This document shows positions 1 to 10,327 of a DNA stretch of 64,000 nt, in pieces. Position 1 is the first letter of the stretch. The number at the start of each line of letters is the position of its first letter. The position numbers were made by a program, and so were the translations under genes. This stretch comes from Angelakisella sp. (GTDB lineage: Bacteria > Bacillota > Clostridia > Oscillospirales > Ruminococcaceae): NCBI GenBank assembly GCA_020025195.1, contig JAHHSN010000004.1:21182-85181 (forward strand), read 5' to 3'. Below the pieces are notes generated by a model that had not been told where the DNA came from, searched no databases, and saw only the letters and a program-made list of their open reading frames with translations.

Positions 1-1
1 G

Positions 2-460
2 CTTGCCATTGATTCCGAGGACAGCTATGGCGCGGTGGTCGGCATCCCGGTCCTAGCGGAGGAGATCCGTCCCTCGGGCGCTCGGTATATACAGGAAATG
101 CTCTTCCCGGACATTCCTCTCAGTGAAATCGAGGATAATCTGACAATCGTCGATCTCGGCGGCGAAGAGCCCTATCTCATTGTGCCGAAAACAGTGGACG
201 CCCTTGTGACCGTGACGGAGATCGCGATGAATGAGGCGGGGGAGATTGCCCCCACCGAAAACATCCACAATCATAACGGCATGGTTCTCCTGTACTGCAA
301 TCCCTCCGACCTCTGGAGCAACGCGGAGATCACCGTCATGCTCGCGGAGGACGAGAAAACCACCTTCTCGCCCTATTACAGCCTGCGGGACGGCGCTCTC
401 GTGGTGGGGGAGCATATCGTTCCCCTGACTCCCGACCGGGGCGGGGAACTGCCGGAATAA
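2..460 (+). CDS. hypothetical protein, C-terminal part (reading frame is open to the left window edge)
   Basis: ORF 35..460 has no stop upstream in frame back to position 2. No motif recognised. It is followed by a strong hairpin terminator. Confidence 0.45.
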   Translation, partial: LAIDSEDSYGAVVGIPVLAEEIRPSGARYIQEMLFPDIPLSEIEDNLTIVDLGGEEPYLIVPKTVDALVTVTEIAMNEAGEIAPTENIHNHNGMVLLYCNPSDLWSNAEITVMLAEDEKTTFSPYYSLRDGALVVGEHIVPLTPDRGGELPE

Positions 461-465
461 AAAAT

Positions 466-516
466 AAGCCTGTCCGGGGAAGCACTCGCTCACCCGGCAG
501 GCTTTTCTTTTTTGTT
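466..516. terminator. bidirectional intrinsic terminator between convergent genes
   Basis: The stem AGCCTG(T)CCGGG / CCCGGCAGGCT is flanked by an A-run on the left and TTTTCTTTTTTGTTTT on the right. Confidence 0.7.
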
Positions 517-517
517 T

Positions 518-1303
518 TCACGAGGGGAGGGGACAGCCGATCTCCTTTTTGATGCGGCAGAGCGCCCCTTTTTCGATGCGGGAAACCTGTGCCTGAGAGA
601 TCCCGATCTCCCGTGAGACCTCGATCTGCGTTTTTCCCGCGAAGAAGCGCAGGGAAAGGATCTTCTTTTCCCGCGCCGAGAGGTCGTTCATCGCCTCTTT
701 GAGGGAAAGCTCATCCAGCCAGTCGCTGTCGGTCACCCGGTCCCGGATCTGATCCATGAGCACAATGCTGTCCCGTCCGTCGGAATAGACCGATTCATAG
801 AGAGAGCCCGGCTCCGCGATGGCCTCCAGCGCCAGCACAACGTTTTCTTTGGGGAGCCCGAGCTCCTTCGCGATCTCTCCGACCGTCGGCTCCCGTCCGG
901 AGCGGTTTTGCAGCTTTTCCTTGCACTGCATGGCGCGGTAGGCGAGATCCCGGGTGCTGCGGCTGACCCGCACCATGTTGTAATCCCGGAGAAAACGCCG
1001 GATCTCCCCTAGGATCATCGGGACGGCATAGGTGCTGAAGCGGACATTGAGACTGAGGTCAAAGTGGTCGATCGCCTTGATAAGTCCGATGCATCCCACC
1101 TGAAAAATATCGTCGGGATTGCTGACCCGTCCGGAAAAATGCTGCACGGCGCTTAAAACAAGGCGGAGATTGCTCCGCACCAGCTGATCTCTTGCCTCCT
1201 TATCGCCGGACTGAGACCGCTTTAGAAGTTCCATCAGCTGGTCATTCCCCAGAACCTCAAGCTCTCTGGTGTCAACTCCGCTGATCTCGACTTTGCTATA
1301 CAT
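518..1303 (-). CDS. sigG: sporulation sigma factor SigG (sigma-70 family)
   Basis: KVEISGVDT, SNLRLVLSAVQHF, FQVGCIGLIKAIDHFD, RFSTYAVPMILGEIRRFLRD, RVSRS and GKTQIEVSREIGISQAQVSRIEK match B. subtilis SigG better than SigF. The start is set at ATG 1303, preceded by GAGGAG. The tracked ORF extends to 1378. Confidence 0.9.
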   Translation of the reverse strand: MYSKVEISGVDTRELEVLGNDQLMELLKRSQSGDKEARDQLVRSNLRLVLSAVQHFSGRVSNPDDIFQVGCIGLIKAIDHFDLSLNVRFSTYAVPMILGEIRRFLRDYNMVRVSRSTRDLAYRAMQCKEKLQNRSGREPTVGEIAKELGLPKENVVLALEAIAEPGSLYESVYSDGRDSIVLMDQIRDRVTDSDWLDELSLKEAMNDLSAREKKILSLRFFAGKTQIEVSREIGISQAQVSRIEKGALCRIKKEIGCPLPS

Positions 1304-1458
1304 CGCTTCTCTCCTCATACCCGTACTTTGTGTAAATGCAGTATGGGCGGGGGCGGCCGATATTAACCTTTCCGGCACGGAGAAAGTATTTCCAAAACAG
1401 AAAGAAAAAAGATCCCACCCCCCAAAAAGCCGGATGAGATCCTGTGAAATTCAAGCGT

Positions 1459-1878
1459 TTAAGGCCCCATAAGTTTTTCGCCTGAGGGGTCTAGGTAAGT
1501 AAAGAACAGCCCTGCAATCTCGGAACGATCATTATAGTAGATCTCAATGAGGAGATCTTTTTCGGGGTAACGCTCGGTAATCTGGGCAATGAAATAATAG
1601 TCGGTGGAAAGCGCTTCTTCTGCCTGCTTCGACTGATAGACGCCCAGAGAGGAAAGGGTGCCCTCCCAGGTCTGACCCAGCTCCTCCGCGGAAAGCTGTT
1701 CCGTAAGCTCGGGGGCAAAGCGGGAAACCACGTCGGAATACTCCTTTTCATGCAGGAGGGAAACGACCTCCCGGGAATCGGAGAGGAGCGCCTCCTCGTC
1801 CCACTCGCCGCGTGTGCCGCAGGCGGCAAAGGAGAAGAGCAGGAGCGTAGAAAACAGTAGAAGAAGAAAACGTTTCAT
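1459..1878 (-). CDS. lipoprotein, DUF3887-like
   Basis: The signal peptide MKRFLLLLFSTLLLFSFAAC ends in a lipobox cysteine. The acidic mature domain resembles DUF3887 proteins. Confidence 0.55.
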   Translation of the reverse strand: MKRFLLLLFSTLLLFSFAACGTRGEWDEEALLSDSREVVSLLHEKEYSDVVSRFAPELTEQLSAEELGQTWEGTLSSLGVYQSKQAEEALSTDYYFIAQITERYPEKDLLIEIYYNDRSEIAGLFFTYLDPSGEKLMGP

Positions 1879-1936
1879 AGGTATTCTCCTTTCTCAATTT
1901 AGGAAAAGGCAGACAGGGAAAACAGAGTGCCGTTTA

Positions 1937-2914
1937 TTATGCTTTGGGGTGGAGGTAGGAGACGAGCCGTTCGGCTTTGCCGGAGGAAAAACGTTTTCCA
2001 GTGAGATACTGAAAGCGCTCCTCGGCCGTCCCGAAGGAAAAAGTGAGTCGCGCGGCGCAGAGCGCCTGCCAGCTCAGCCCCAGTTTTTTGCTCATGGCGA
2101 GGGACTCGGGATTCCCGTATTTGGTATCCCCAAGGAGCGGACAGCCGAGAAAGGCCATGTGGGCCCTTATCTGGTGGGTGCGCCCGGTATGAAGCTTGAT
2201 TTCCAGAAGGGAGAGCGGCCCCGCGGTTTCAAGTACAGTATATTCTGTGAGGATGGTTTTTGCGCCGGGCTTCGGTTCCCGGAAGACCTGGACCTGATTC
2301 TTCTTTTCGTCTTTTCGGAGGAATGCCTTGCAGAGGTCATGGCGTTTGGGCGGCTTTCCCACCGCTACACAGAGATATTCCTTTTCCACTTCACGGGTGC
2401 GGATCTTCTCATTGAGGAACTGAAGGGCGGCGGCGTTTTTGGCACAGAGCACCAGCCCGGAGGTGTTGCGGTCGATGCGGTTGCAGAGGGCCGGAACAAA
2501 GCTGTGCTCCTCCTCGGGACGATAGTCCCCCTTCTTATAGAGGTATTTGAGAACGCGGTTTATGAGGGTATCGGCGGTGCCGCTTTCGTCCTCATGCACC
2601 ACAAGCCCCGCCGGCTTATCCAGCACCAGGAGGTTTTCGTCCTCATAGGCAATGGTGAGGTCGTCCCCGGCATGGAGAAAGGACCGGTCATCCTGCCGGT
2701 TTTCATCAAAAAACTCATCGTTAATATAGAGCGTCACCACGTCTCCGACCGCAAGACGGGTGGAGATCTCTGCACGCTTTCCGTTTAATTTGATGCGTTT
2801 GTTGCGGATTCCCTTATAGAGCAGGGAAGTGGGGAGGCATGGGACCGCTTTGGTGATAAACTTGTCAAGACGCTGTCCGCTGTCGTTTTCATTGATCTTA
2901 AATTCTCGCATCAT
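1937..2914 (-). CDS. RluA-family 23S rRNA/tRNA pseudouridine synthase
   Basis: There is an N-terminal S4-like region. Motifs NRIDRNTSGLVL and HTGRTHQIRAH are present. Confidence 0.85.
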   Translation of the reverse strand: MMREFKINENDSGQRLDKFITKAVPCLPTSLLYKGIRNKRIKLNGKRAEISTRLAVGDVVTLYINDEFFDENRQDDRSFLHAGDDLTIAYEDENLLVLDKPAGLVVHEDESGTADTLINRVLKYLYKKGDYRPEEEHSFVPALCNRIDRNTSGLVLCAKNAAALQFLNEKIRTREVEKEYLCVAVGKPPKRHDLCKAFLRKDEKKNQVQVFREPKPGAKTILTEYTVLETAGPLSLLEIKLHTGRTHQIRAHMAFLGCPLLGDTKYGNPESLAMSKKLGLSWQALCAARLTFSFGTAEERFQYLTGKRFSSGKAERLVSYLHPKA

Positions 2915-3050
2915 TTCACCTTGCTTTTATGATAGCAACATGATACCCATTTTGTATAAAGTTGTCAATAGAACCGCAGAGTTCTTTACTTTTTCTTGGG
3001 GGTTCAGTATAATTTATGGAAAAGAAGGCGGAAATGGAGGCATCGGCAAT

Positions 3051-3857
3051 ATGACAAAGGAGCACGAAGGTCATCGCGAACGACTCAAAAACCGATTTCT
3101 CACCGAGGGATTGGAACATTTTGAGCCACATAATATTTTGGAGCTTCTGCTCTTTTATTCCATCCCCAGGAAGGATACCAACCTTTTGGCGCACGCGCTC
3201 CTTGACCATTTCGGCAGCTTTGTGGCGGTGATGAACGCCTCTCCGGAGGAGCTCGCGCAGGTTCCGGGTATCACCATGAATTCCGCCGTACACCTTCATC
3301 TTATTTCGGAGGTCGCCAGAAGATACTATTCGGAGGTGATTTCGGCTCCTCCCGCGGAAGCAGGGAAGGAGGACAAACTCCGTTATCTTGGGGAAAAGCT
3401 GGTGGCTCGTTCAGCGGGTCTTATGGAGGAAAACCTCTTTGTCATCTGTCTCGATAATAGTCTGAGAGAGCTTTCCTTTGACCGAATTGCTTCCGGAACG
3501 CCGGATGAGCTGCAGATTCGGACTCGGCAGATCGCGGAGCTTGCCTTCAAGCATCATGCTCCCGCGGTCATCATCGCCCACAACCACCCGGGGGGTATCG
3601 CCATTCCTTCCCGTGCAGACATCATCAGCACGCTTGCTCTCAAAAAAGCATTGGACGCTATTTACATTCGCCTTCTGGATCACTTTGTGGTGGCGGGGGA
3701 TGACTATGTTTCGATGCAGCAGTCGGGCTACTTCAGCAAGGATTTCATGTTTTCCAATCATGACGGCCTCCGTTCCGAGGCAGACTACGGTGAAGCCCTA
3801 ACTGATGAGGAGATTAAAGGTAATCTTCGGGAGATCGAGGAACAGAATGAAGTATAA
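3051..3857 (+). CDS. radC: RadC-family JAB-domain protein (UPF0758)
   Basis: HRERLKNRF, an HhH segment (SPEELAQVPGI) and the JAB motif AHNHPGG are present. ATG 3051 sits behind GGAGG. The tracked ORF starts at 2829, but that extension overlaps the divergent rluA-family gene. Confidence 0.85.
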   Translation: MTKEHEGHRERLKNRFLTEGLEHFEPHNILELLLFYSIPRKDTNLLAHALLDHFGSFVAVMNASPEELAQVPGITMNSAVHLHLISEVARRYYSEVISAPPAEAGKEDKLRYLGEKLVARSAGLMEENLFVICLDNSLRELSFDRIASGTPDELQIRTRQIAELAFKHHAPAVIIAHNHPGGIAIPSRADIISTLALKKALDAIYIRLLDHFVVAGDDYVSMQQSGYFSKDFMFSNHDGLRSEADYGEALTDEEIKGNLREIEEQNEV

Positions 3858-4419
3858 AAGTGATTTTCAGAAATGGATGGTGCGTCTTACTTTCCTGTTC
3901 GGCGTTTTGACGGCGCTCTTTTTCCTGCTGCACCACCAAGCAGAGAATGGGGCTTTTCTTACACTTGGAATTACCGTACTCACCGTCTTTTATCATCTTG
4001 GAATGCGCCTTTTGGTGGGGGAAGTGCTGGTTTCTCGGCGGCTTACCGATCAGCTTGACCCATTTGCTCCCTTTTTCCGGGCAGATTCCCCCGCGGAGCG
4101 AAAACTCTATCAAAAGCTGGGCGTTCGGAAGTGGAAAGGAATTCTGCCAACTTACTCTCCGGAGGAATTTTCCCCGGAGCAAAACTCCTGGAGCGGGATT
4201 GCCGCCGCCACCTGCCGCTCGGAGGTAATCCATGAGATCAATATGTTACTCAGTTTTCTGCCCCTGCTCTTTTCTCTTTATTTTGGCGCTTTTCCGGTGT
4301 TCATCATCACCTCGGTGCTGGCAGCTTTGTTTGACGGCATTTTCGTCATCCTTCAACGCTTTAACCGCCCGCGTCTTCTCCGTATGGCAAAACGGGAGGA
4401 ACGACAGACTCTAAAATAA
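3847..4419 (+). CDS. small polytopic membrane protein resembling the glycosyl-4,4'-diaponeurosporenoate acyltransferase (CrtO) family
   Basis: Several TM helices are present. RKWKGILP, EVIHE and LQRFNRPRL resemble S. aureus CrtO as I remember it. ATG 3847 overlaps the radC stop by 11 nt. Confidence 0.45.
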   Translation: MKYKSDFQKWMVRLTFLFGVLTALFFLLHHQAENGAFLTLGITVLTVFYHLGMRLLVGEVLVSRRLTDQLDPFAPFFRADSPAERKLYQKLGVRKWKGILPTYSPEEFSPEQNSWSGIAAATCRSEVIHEINMLLSFLPLLFSLYFGAFPVFIITSVLAALFDGIFVILQRFNRPRLLRMAKREERQTLK

Positions 4420-4646
4420 AAGGACTCGCTTTTGTATACGCCAGATAAGGAAGTATTTCCCCAATGGTTCTTCTGCTCCTAATGATTGCATCATTTTTGC
4501 TTCCGAAGGAGTAAAAATGGTATGCCCGTAAAGGCGGCACAGAGAAACGACATTGCTTTCCGTTCTCGCCTTTATTGTAATTCATAGCAAATCGACAAAT
4601 CAGAATATTCCGAAAAGACAGGATCAATCAGCAAGGAGTAATTGTA

Positions 4647-5015
4647 ATGGACATTTATGATTTTATTACAGCTGTTCTGAAGCAGGACGCTGTTGAGATT
4701 CGTGCGTTTTTTCACTCGGATGCCTATATTAACTGGCATAACACCAATGAGCATTTCACTGTGGAAGAGTACATTCGGGCCAACTGTGAATACCCGGGTA
4801 ATTGGACCGGTGAAATCGAAAAAATAATACAAGCGCAGAATATGCTCGTTGTAGCTACCCATGTGTGCAGTACAGATCGTAAAATTTCCTGCCACTGCAC
4901 TTCCTTTATCCAGTTGAGCAATGATAAAATTGCCTGCATGGATGAATATTGGGGCGATGATGGTGATGTTCCTCAATGGCGAAAAGATAAGCATATCGGG
5001 ACACAAATAAAGTAA
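4647..5015 (+). CDS. NTF2/SnoaL-like small protein
   Basis: This 122-aa protein has RBS AAGGAG 8 nt upstream. The pattern DFITAVL..D...IRAFFHSDAYINWHNTNE..YPGNWTGE is typical of Firmicute nuclear transport factor 2 family proteins. Confidence 0.55.
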   Translation: MDIYDFITAVLKQDAVEIRAFFHSDAYINWHNTNEHFTVEEYIRANCEYPGNWTGEIEKIIQAQNMLVVATHVCSTDRKISCHCTSFIQLSNDKIACMDEYWGDDGDVPQWRKDKHIGTQIK

Positions 5016-5097
5016 CTGCCGACCATATTGGTTGTATTTCATACACCTGCCGAAGAAATCTGTTAGTCTTATTCCAATTTTTCGGGCAGTTATGTAA

Positions 5098-5140
5098 CCC
5101 AAAACGGAGTGTGTCGAAATTTGACACACTCCGTTTTGGG
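5098..5140 (+). terminator. perfect 18-bp-stem hairpin (terminator of the NTF2-like gene)
   Basis: CCCAAAACGGAGTGTGTC-GAAATTT-GACACACTCCGTTTTGGG is followed by a T-rich tract. Confidence 0.6.
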
Positions 5141-5240
5141 TTCCTGTGTTTCCTAAATTACTTCCTTATTTGGCATTAGCATTCAGCGGGTTCTTTTCCT
5201 TTTCCGGAAAGAGGAGAAAGACAAGAATCATTCTTAAATA

Positions 5241-5269
5241 TGGACATTATGACCCACTTATGGTACAAT
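5241..5269 (+). promoter_or_regulatory. sigma-A type promoter upstream of uvrB
   Basis: TGGACA, a 17-nt spacer, then TACAAT with a TG extension. Confidence 0.4.
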
Positions 5270-5328
5270 AAAAGACTAAAAAAGGGCAAAAATAAGAGGG
5301 AGTTCGGTCCGGAAAGGAGTGAGGACGG

Positions 5329-7293
5329 ATGGATCATTTTAAGCTGGTTTCGGCATTCCGGCCAACAGGCGACCAGCCGGAAGCGATCGACGCTCTCGTA
5401 AGGAGCATCGAGGCGGGGAACCGGGAACAGACCCTCAAGGGAGTCACCGGCTCCGGCAAGACCTTCACAATGGCGAACATCATCGAGCGGGTCAACCGCC
5501 CGACGCTCATCCTCGCTCACAACAAGACTCTTGCGGCGCAGCTCTGCTCGGAGTTCAAGGAGTTTTTTCCGGAAAACGCCGTGGAGTATTTTGTCTCCTA
5601 TTATGATTACTATCAGCCCGAAGCGTATATCGCCTCGACCGATACTTATATTGAAAAGGACAGCGCCATCAATGACGAGATCGAAAAGCTCCGCCACTCG
5701 GCAACGTCCTCGCTTTCAGAGCGCCGGGACGTCATCATTGTGGCGAGTATCTCCTGCATCTACACCCTCGGCGACCCCATCGACTACCGCAGCATGGTCA
5801 TTTCGCTCCGGCTTGGGATGCAGAAGGACCGGGACGAGCTGATCCGGAAGCTGGTGGAGATTCAGTATGAGCGCAACGACATCAATTTCATCCGCAACAA
5901 GTTCCGCGTCCGCGGGGACACGGTGGAAATTTTCCCCGCCTATTCGGGGGATACCGCCATTCGGGTGGAATTCTTCGGGGATGAGATCGATCGAATCTGC
6001 GAGATCAACACCGTGACGGGACAGGTCAAGAACACAGTGAGCCATGTAGCCATTTACCCCGCCTCCCACTATATCGTGCCGCGGGACCGCATGATGAAGG
6101 GGCTGGAGGAGATCCGACGGGAGTGTGACGAACGGGTCGAATTTTTCCGCTCCCAGAATAAATATATCGAGGCGCAGCGCATCGCGGAGCGCACCAACTA
6201 TGACATCGAGCTTTTGCAGGAGATCGGCTTCTGCAAGGGCATCGAAAACTATTCGCGCATTCTCTCCGGGCGGGCGCCGGGCAGCTGCCCCACCACGCTT
6301 CTGGATTATTTCCCGGATGATTTTCTTATGTTTATTGATGAATCCCATGTGACGCTTCCGCAGGCGCACGGCATGTACGGCGGCGACCAGTCCCGAAAGA
6401 AGAGCCTTGTGGATTTCGGCTTCCGGCTGCCCTCCGCGCTGGATAACCGCCCGCTCAGCTTTGAGGAATTTGACGGAAAGCTCAATCAGGTGGTGTATGT
6501 AAGCGCCACCCCCGGCGAATATGAGCGGAGCCGCAGCGCCGCCATCGTGGAGCAGCTCATCCGTCCCACCGGACTGCTGGACCCCGAAATCGAGGTGCGC
6601 CCGGTCGCCGGGCAGATCGAGGAGCTCATCAGTGAGATCCATCTCCGCACCGAGCGGGAGGAGCGCGTCCTTGTGACCACCCTCACCAAAAAGATGGCGG
6701 AGGACCTCACCTCTTACCTCGAAAAGGCAGGCATCCGCGTCCGCTATATGCACCATGATATTGACACCATCGAGCGGATGGAGATCATCCGGGACCTGCG
6801 CAAAGGGGAGTTTGACGTCCTCGTCGGCATCAACCTCCTCCGTGAGGGTCTGGATATCCCGGAGGTTTCACTGGTCGCTATACTGGACGCCGACAAGGAG
6901 GGCTTCCTCCGCTCCGAGACCTCTCTGGTGCAGACCATCGGCCGTGCCGCGAGAAACGCCTCCGGCAAGGTCATCATGTTTGCCGATCAGGTGACCGAGA
7001 GCATGGAGCGTGCCATCACCGAAACCAACCGCCGCAGGGAAATCCAGATGCGGTATAATGAGGTGCACGGCGTCACCCCGACCACCATCAAAAAAGAGAT
7101 CCGTGATATCCTTGAAATTTCCACCAACGAGCGCGTCGATCAGGCGACCTCCCGCCGCATGAACCGGAAGGAGACAGAGGCCGCCATCGCGAAGCTCACG
7201 GCGGAGATGCGGGAGTCGGCCAAGCTTCTTGAGTTTGAGCACGCCGCCTATCTCCGGGATAAGATCGCGGAACTCAGAAAAACACTTTCATAA
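5329..7293 (+). CDS. uvrB: excinuclease ABC subunit B
   Basis: [17 protein letters not shown], Walker [13 protein letters not shown], helicase motifs and a C-terminal UVR domain are present. Confidence 0.97.
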   Translation: MDHFKLVSAFRPTGDQPEAIDALVRSIEAGNREQTLKGVTGSGKTFTMANIIERVNRPTLILAHNKTLAAQLCSEFKEFFPENAVEYFVSYYDYYQPEAYIASTDTYIEKDSAINDEIEKLRHSATSSLSERRDVIIVASISCIYTLGDPIDYRSMVISLRLGMQKDRDELIRKLVEIQYERNDINFIRNKFRVRGDTVEIFPAYSGDTAIRVEFFGDEIDRICEINTVTGQVKNTVSHVAIYPASHYIVPRDRMMKGLEEIRRECDERVEFFRSQNKYIEAQRIAERTNYDIELLQEIGFCKGIENYSRILSGRAPGSCPTTLLDYFPDDFLMFIDESHVTLPQAHGMYGGDQSRKKSLVDFGFRLPSALDNRPLSFEEFDGKLNQVVYVSATPGEYERSRSAAIVEQLIRPTGLLDPEIEVRPVAGQIEELISEIHLRTEREERVLVTTLTKKMAEDLTSYLEKAGIRVRYMHHDIDTIERMEIIRDLRKGEFDVLVGINLLREGLDIPEVSLVAILDADKEGFLRSETSLVQTIGRAARNASGKVIMFADQVTESMERAITETNRRREIQMRYNEVHGVTPTTIKKEIRDILEISTNERVDQATSRRMNRKETEAAIAKLTAEMRESAKLLEFEHAAYLRDKIAELRKTLS

Positions 7294-7319
7294 AGATAAA
7301 AACTTCTTTAGGAGGACCT

Positions 7320-10139
7320 ATGGCGCAGGATAAGATCGTCATTCGCGGCGCCCGTGAAAACAACCTTAAAAATATCACGCTGTCCATTCCGCGTGACAAG
7401 CTCATCGTCTTTACAGGGCTTTCCGGCTCCGGCAAGTCCTCTCTCGCGTTCGATACCATCTACGCGGACGGTCAGCGGCGGTATATGGAGAGCCTTTCTT
7501 CCTATGCCCGGCAGTTTCTGGGCCAGATGGAAAAGCCCGACGTCGATGAGATCGAGGGCTTAAGCCCCGCCATCTCCATCGACCAGAAGACCACCTCCCG
7601 GAACCCCCGCTCCACGGTCGGCACGGTGACCGAGATCTATGACTATCTTCGCCTCCTCTATGCCCGGATCGGGATTCCGCACTGCCCCATCTGCGGGCGG
7701 GAGATCCGTCAGCAGACGGTGGATCAGATGGTGGATAAGATCATGACGCTCCCGGAGGGGACCCGCATTCAGGTGATGGCGCCGGTGGTGCGGGCGAGGA
7801 AGGGCGAGCACCAGAAGGAGCTGGAGCTGGCCCGCCGCGGCGGCTATGTCCGCGTCCGGGTGGACGGCAATCTCTATGAGCTGACCGAGGAGATCCGTCC
7901 TGAAAAGAATAAAAAGCACAACATCGAGATTGTCATCGACCGACTTTCGGTGAAGCCGGAGATTCGTTCCCGTCTGGCGGATTCCATCGAGGTTTCCGCC
8001 TCCATGACCGGCGGGCTTACTCTTATTGACGTCGTCGGCGGGGAGGAGATGCTCTTTTCCCAGAGCTACGCCTGCCCGGAGCATGACGTTTCGGTGGAGG
8101 AGCTGACCCCGGGAATGTTCTCCTTCAATAACCCGGCGGGCGCCTGCCCCACCTGCACCGGCCTCGGCGTCTTTCAGAAGGTGGACCCGGAGCTTGTCAT
8201 CCGCCACCCCGAGCGTTCCATCCGGGACGGCGCCTTCAAGGCGACGGGCTGGAGCTGCGACGAGGGCAGCATCGGGGAGATGTACTTTAACGGACTGCAT
8301 GAAAAATACGGGGTTCCGCTCGATATGCCCGTAGGGGAGATGCCGAAGGACAAGCTGGACTATGTACTCTACGGTACCCGCGGCGAAAAGATGGAGATGA
8401 CCCGTCGCGCGGCTGGTTTTTCCGGGAAATATGTAAACGACTTTGAAGGCGTCATCCCCAATCTGGAGCGCCGCTTCAAGGAGACCTCCAGCGAGTTCAT
8501 GCGGTATGAGATTGCGCAGTATATGTCGGCGGTGCCCTGTCCCGACTGCCACGGCGACCGCTTAAAGCCTATCATCCTCGGCGTAACGGTCGGCGGGATC
8601 AATATCAGCGATTTCTGTAAAATGTCCATCAGCGAGGCACTTGCTTTCCTGCGGGAGCTTTTCCTCACCGAGACACAGGAGAAGATCGCCGGGCAGATCA
8701 TCAAGGAGATAAGGAGCCGGCTCAGCTTTCTTTCCAATGTCGGACTTTCCTATTTAACTCTTTCCCGCTCCGCGGGCACCCTTTCCGGCGGCGAGAGCCA
8801 GCGCATCCGCCTTGCTACCCAGATCGGCTCCTCCCTCATGGGCGTGCTCTATATCCTGGATGAGCCATCCATCGGGCTTCATCAGCGGGACAACGACCGG
8901 CTCATTGAAGCGCTGCGCCGCCTGCGCGACCTCGGCAACACCGTTATCGTGGTGGAGCATGACGCCGACACCATGAAGGCGTCGGACTACATCGTGGATA
9001 TCGGTCCCGGCGCGGGCATCCATGGGGGAGAGGTCGTCTTTGCCGGGACCTATGAGGAGATTCTGCGCTCCCGGGAATCCATCACGGGACGCTATCTCTC
9101 CGGGGAGCTGACCATTCCCGTCCCCAAGACCCGCCGCCCCGGAAACGGCGGCTTTCTGGAGGTCATCGGCGCCGCTGAAAATAATCTCAAAAATATAAAT
9201 GTCAAATTCCCGCTGGGGACCATGATCGCGGTCACCGGTGTTTCCGGTTCCGGAAAAAGCTCGCTGGTCAATGAGATTCTCTACAAGAAGGTCTATTCCG
9301 AGCTGATGCGCTCCAAGGAGCGCCCGGGTAAGCATAAGGAGATCCGCGGCATCGAGCTTCTGGATAAGGTCATCAATATCGACCAGTCGCCCATCGGGCG
9401 CACCCCTCGCTCCAACCCCGCCACCTATACCGGCGTCTTTACGGATATCCGGGAGCTTTTTGCCTCCACCAATGAGGCGAAGATGCGAGGGTATAAGAGC
9501 GGCCGTTTCTCCTTCAATGTGAAGGGAGGCCGGTGCGAGGCCTGTCAGGGCGACGGCATTTTGCAGATTTCCATGCACTTCCTCCCCGACGTGTACGTTC
9601 CCTGCGAGGTATGCAAGGGAAAGCGCTACAACAGGGAGACGCTGGAGGTCCATTTTAAGGGAAAAAATATCTACGACGTTCTTGAAATGACGGTGGAGGA
9701 GGCGCTCCATTTCTTCACGAACCATGAGCGCATCCGCCGCAAGCTCCAGACCCTCTTTGATGTGGGACTCGGCTACCTCAAGCTGGGACAGCCCGCCACC
9801 ACGCTTTCCGGCGGGGAGGCGCAGCGCGTCAAGCTGGCCTCCGAGCTTTCCAAAAGGAGCACCGGCAGGACGCTTTATATTCTGGATGAGCCGACGACGG
9901 GCCTGCATATGGACGACGTCAAAAAGCTCATTGAGATTCTGCAGAAGTTTGCCGACGGGGGCAATACCGTCGTCGTCATCGAGCACAATCTCGATGTGAT
10001 CAAAACGGCGGACTATATCATCGACCTCGGCCCCGAGGGCGGAGACGGCGGCGGTACGCTGGTGGTCTCGGGCACCCCGGAGGAGGTTGCCGCCTGCCCC
10101 CGAAGCTATACCGGGCAGTATCTCAAGGAGTATTTATAA
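7320..10139 (+). CDS. uvrA: excinuclease ABC subunit A
   Basis: This 939-aa protein has two ABC modules ([17 protein letters not shown] and [11 protein letters not shown]), zinc-finger Cys pairs and LSGGE signatures. Confidence 0.97.
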   Translation: MAQDKIVIRGARENNLKNITLSIPRDKLIVFTGLSGSGKSSLAFDTIYADGQRRYMESLSSYARQFLGQMEKPDVDEIEGLSPAISIDQKTTSRNPRSTVGTVTEIYDYLRLLYARIGIPHCPICGREIRQQTVDQMVDKIMTLPEGTRIQVMAPVVRARKGEHQKELELARRGGYVRVRVDGNLYELTEEIRPEKNKKHNIEIVIDRLSVKPEIRSRLADSIEVSASMTGGLTLIDVVGGEEMLFSQSYACPEHDVSVEELTPGMFSFNNPAGACPTCTGLGVFQKVDPELVIRHPERSIRDGAFKATGWSCDEGSIGEMYFNGLHEKYGVPLDMPVGEMPKDKLDYVLYGTRGEKMEMTRRAAGFSGKYVNDFEGVIPNLERRFKETSSEFMRYEIAQYMSAVPCPDCHGDRLKPIILGVTVGGINISDFCKMSISEALAFLRELFLTETQEKIAGQIIKEIRSRLSFLSNVGLSYLTLSRSAGTLSGGESQRIRLATQIGSSLMGVLYILDEPSIGLHQRDNDRLIEALRRLRDLGNTVIVVEHDADTMKASDYIVDIGPGAGIHGGEVVFAGTYEEILRSRESITGRYLSGELTIPVPKTRRPGNGGFLEVIGAAENNLKNINVKFPLGTMIAVTGVSGSGKSSLVNEILYKKVYSELMRSKERPGKHKEIRGIELLDKVINIDQSPIGRTPRSNPATYTGVFTDIRELFASTNEAKMRGYKSGRFSFNVKGGRCEACQGDGILQISMHFLPDVYVPCEVCKGKRYNRETLEVHFKGKNIYDVLEMTVEEALHFFTNHERIRRKLQTLFDVGLGYLKLGQPATTLSGGEAQRVKLASELSKRSTGRTLYILDEPTTGLHMDDVKKLIEILQKFADGGNTVVVIEHNLDVIKTADYIIDLGPEGGDGGGTLVVSGTPEEVAACPRSYTGQYLKEYL

Positions 10140-10159
10140 AAGAACCAAAAGAAGAAAAG

Positions 10160-10202
10160 GCGTGGGCTTTCGGGAAAATTCCCCAAAGCTCTCGCTTTTT
10201 TC
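10160..10202 (+). terminator. intrinsic terminator after uvrA
   Basis: An imperfect 15-bp stem (GCGTGGGCTTTCGGG / CCCCAAAGCTCTCGC) is followed by TTTTTT. Confidence 0.5.
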
Positions 10203-10327
10203 CTATTTGAAGCAAAAGAAAATGGGGGAGAAAGCCTTTCCTTTTGGTTGCGGGAAGCCGCAAAAAGTGTTAAAATAATTTGTAAGTTTTTCAGGTAAAC
10301 CATGTGACAGGAGGACAGGACCCACCC

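Larger units (their letters stand above)
4440..5174. mobile_element. candidate non-autonomous cassette bounded by 19-nt imperfect terminal inverted repeats
   Basis: GCCAGATAAGGAAGTATTT (4440-4458) is 17/19 complementary to the outer 19 nt (5156-5174) of AAATTACTTCCTTATTTGGC (5155-5174). The interior is visibly AT-richer than the flanks and holds a single cargo ORF plus a hairpin. Confidence 0.3.

Noticed and set aside
2829-3050. N-terminal extension of the radC ORF. Similar extensions occur at 25625..25717 (MATE), 17763..17870 (HlyD-like), 43626..43697 (spoIIIAH) and 53679..53786 (DUF2975).
   Set aside because: In each case an internal start with a good Shine-Dalgarno sequence coincides with the beginning of the conserved or hydrophobic N-terminus. 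The extensions overlap neighbouring genes or promoters.
5223-5235. Palindrome AAGAATCATTCTT just upstream of the uvrB promoter as a LexA (Cheo) box. The uvrA and recN upstream regions were also inspected.
   Set aside because: The Firmicute SOS box is CGAAC-N4-GTTCG. This palindrome has GAAT-N1-ATTC with the wrong spacing and bases, and no GAAC...GTTC motif is visible upstream of uvrB, uvrA or recN. It may be chance or an unrelated site.
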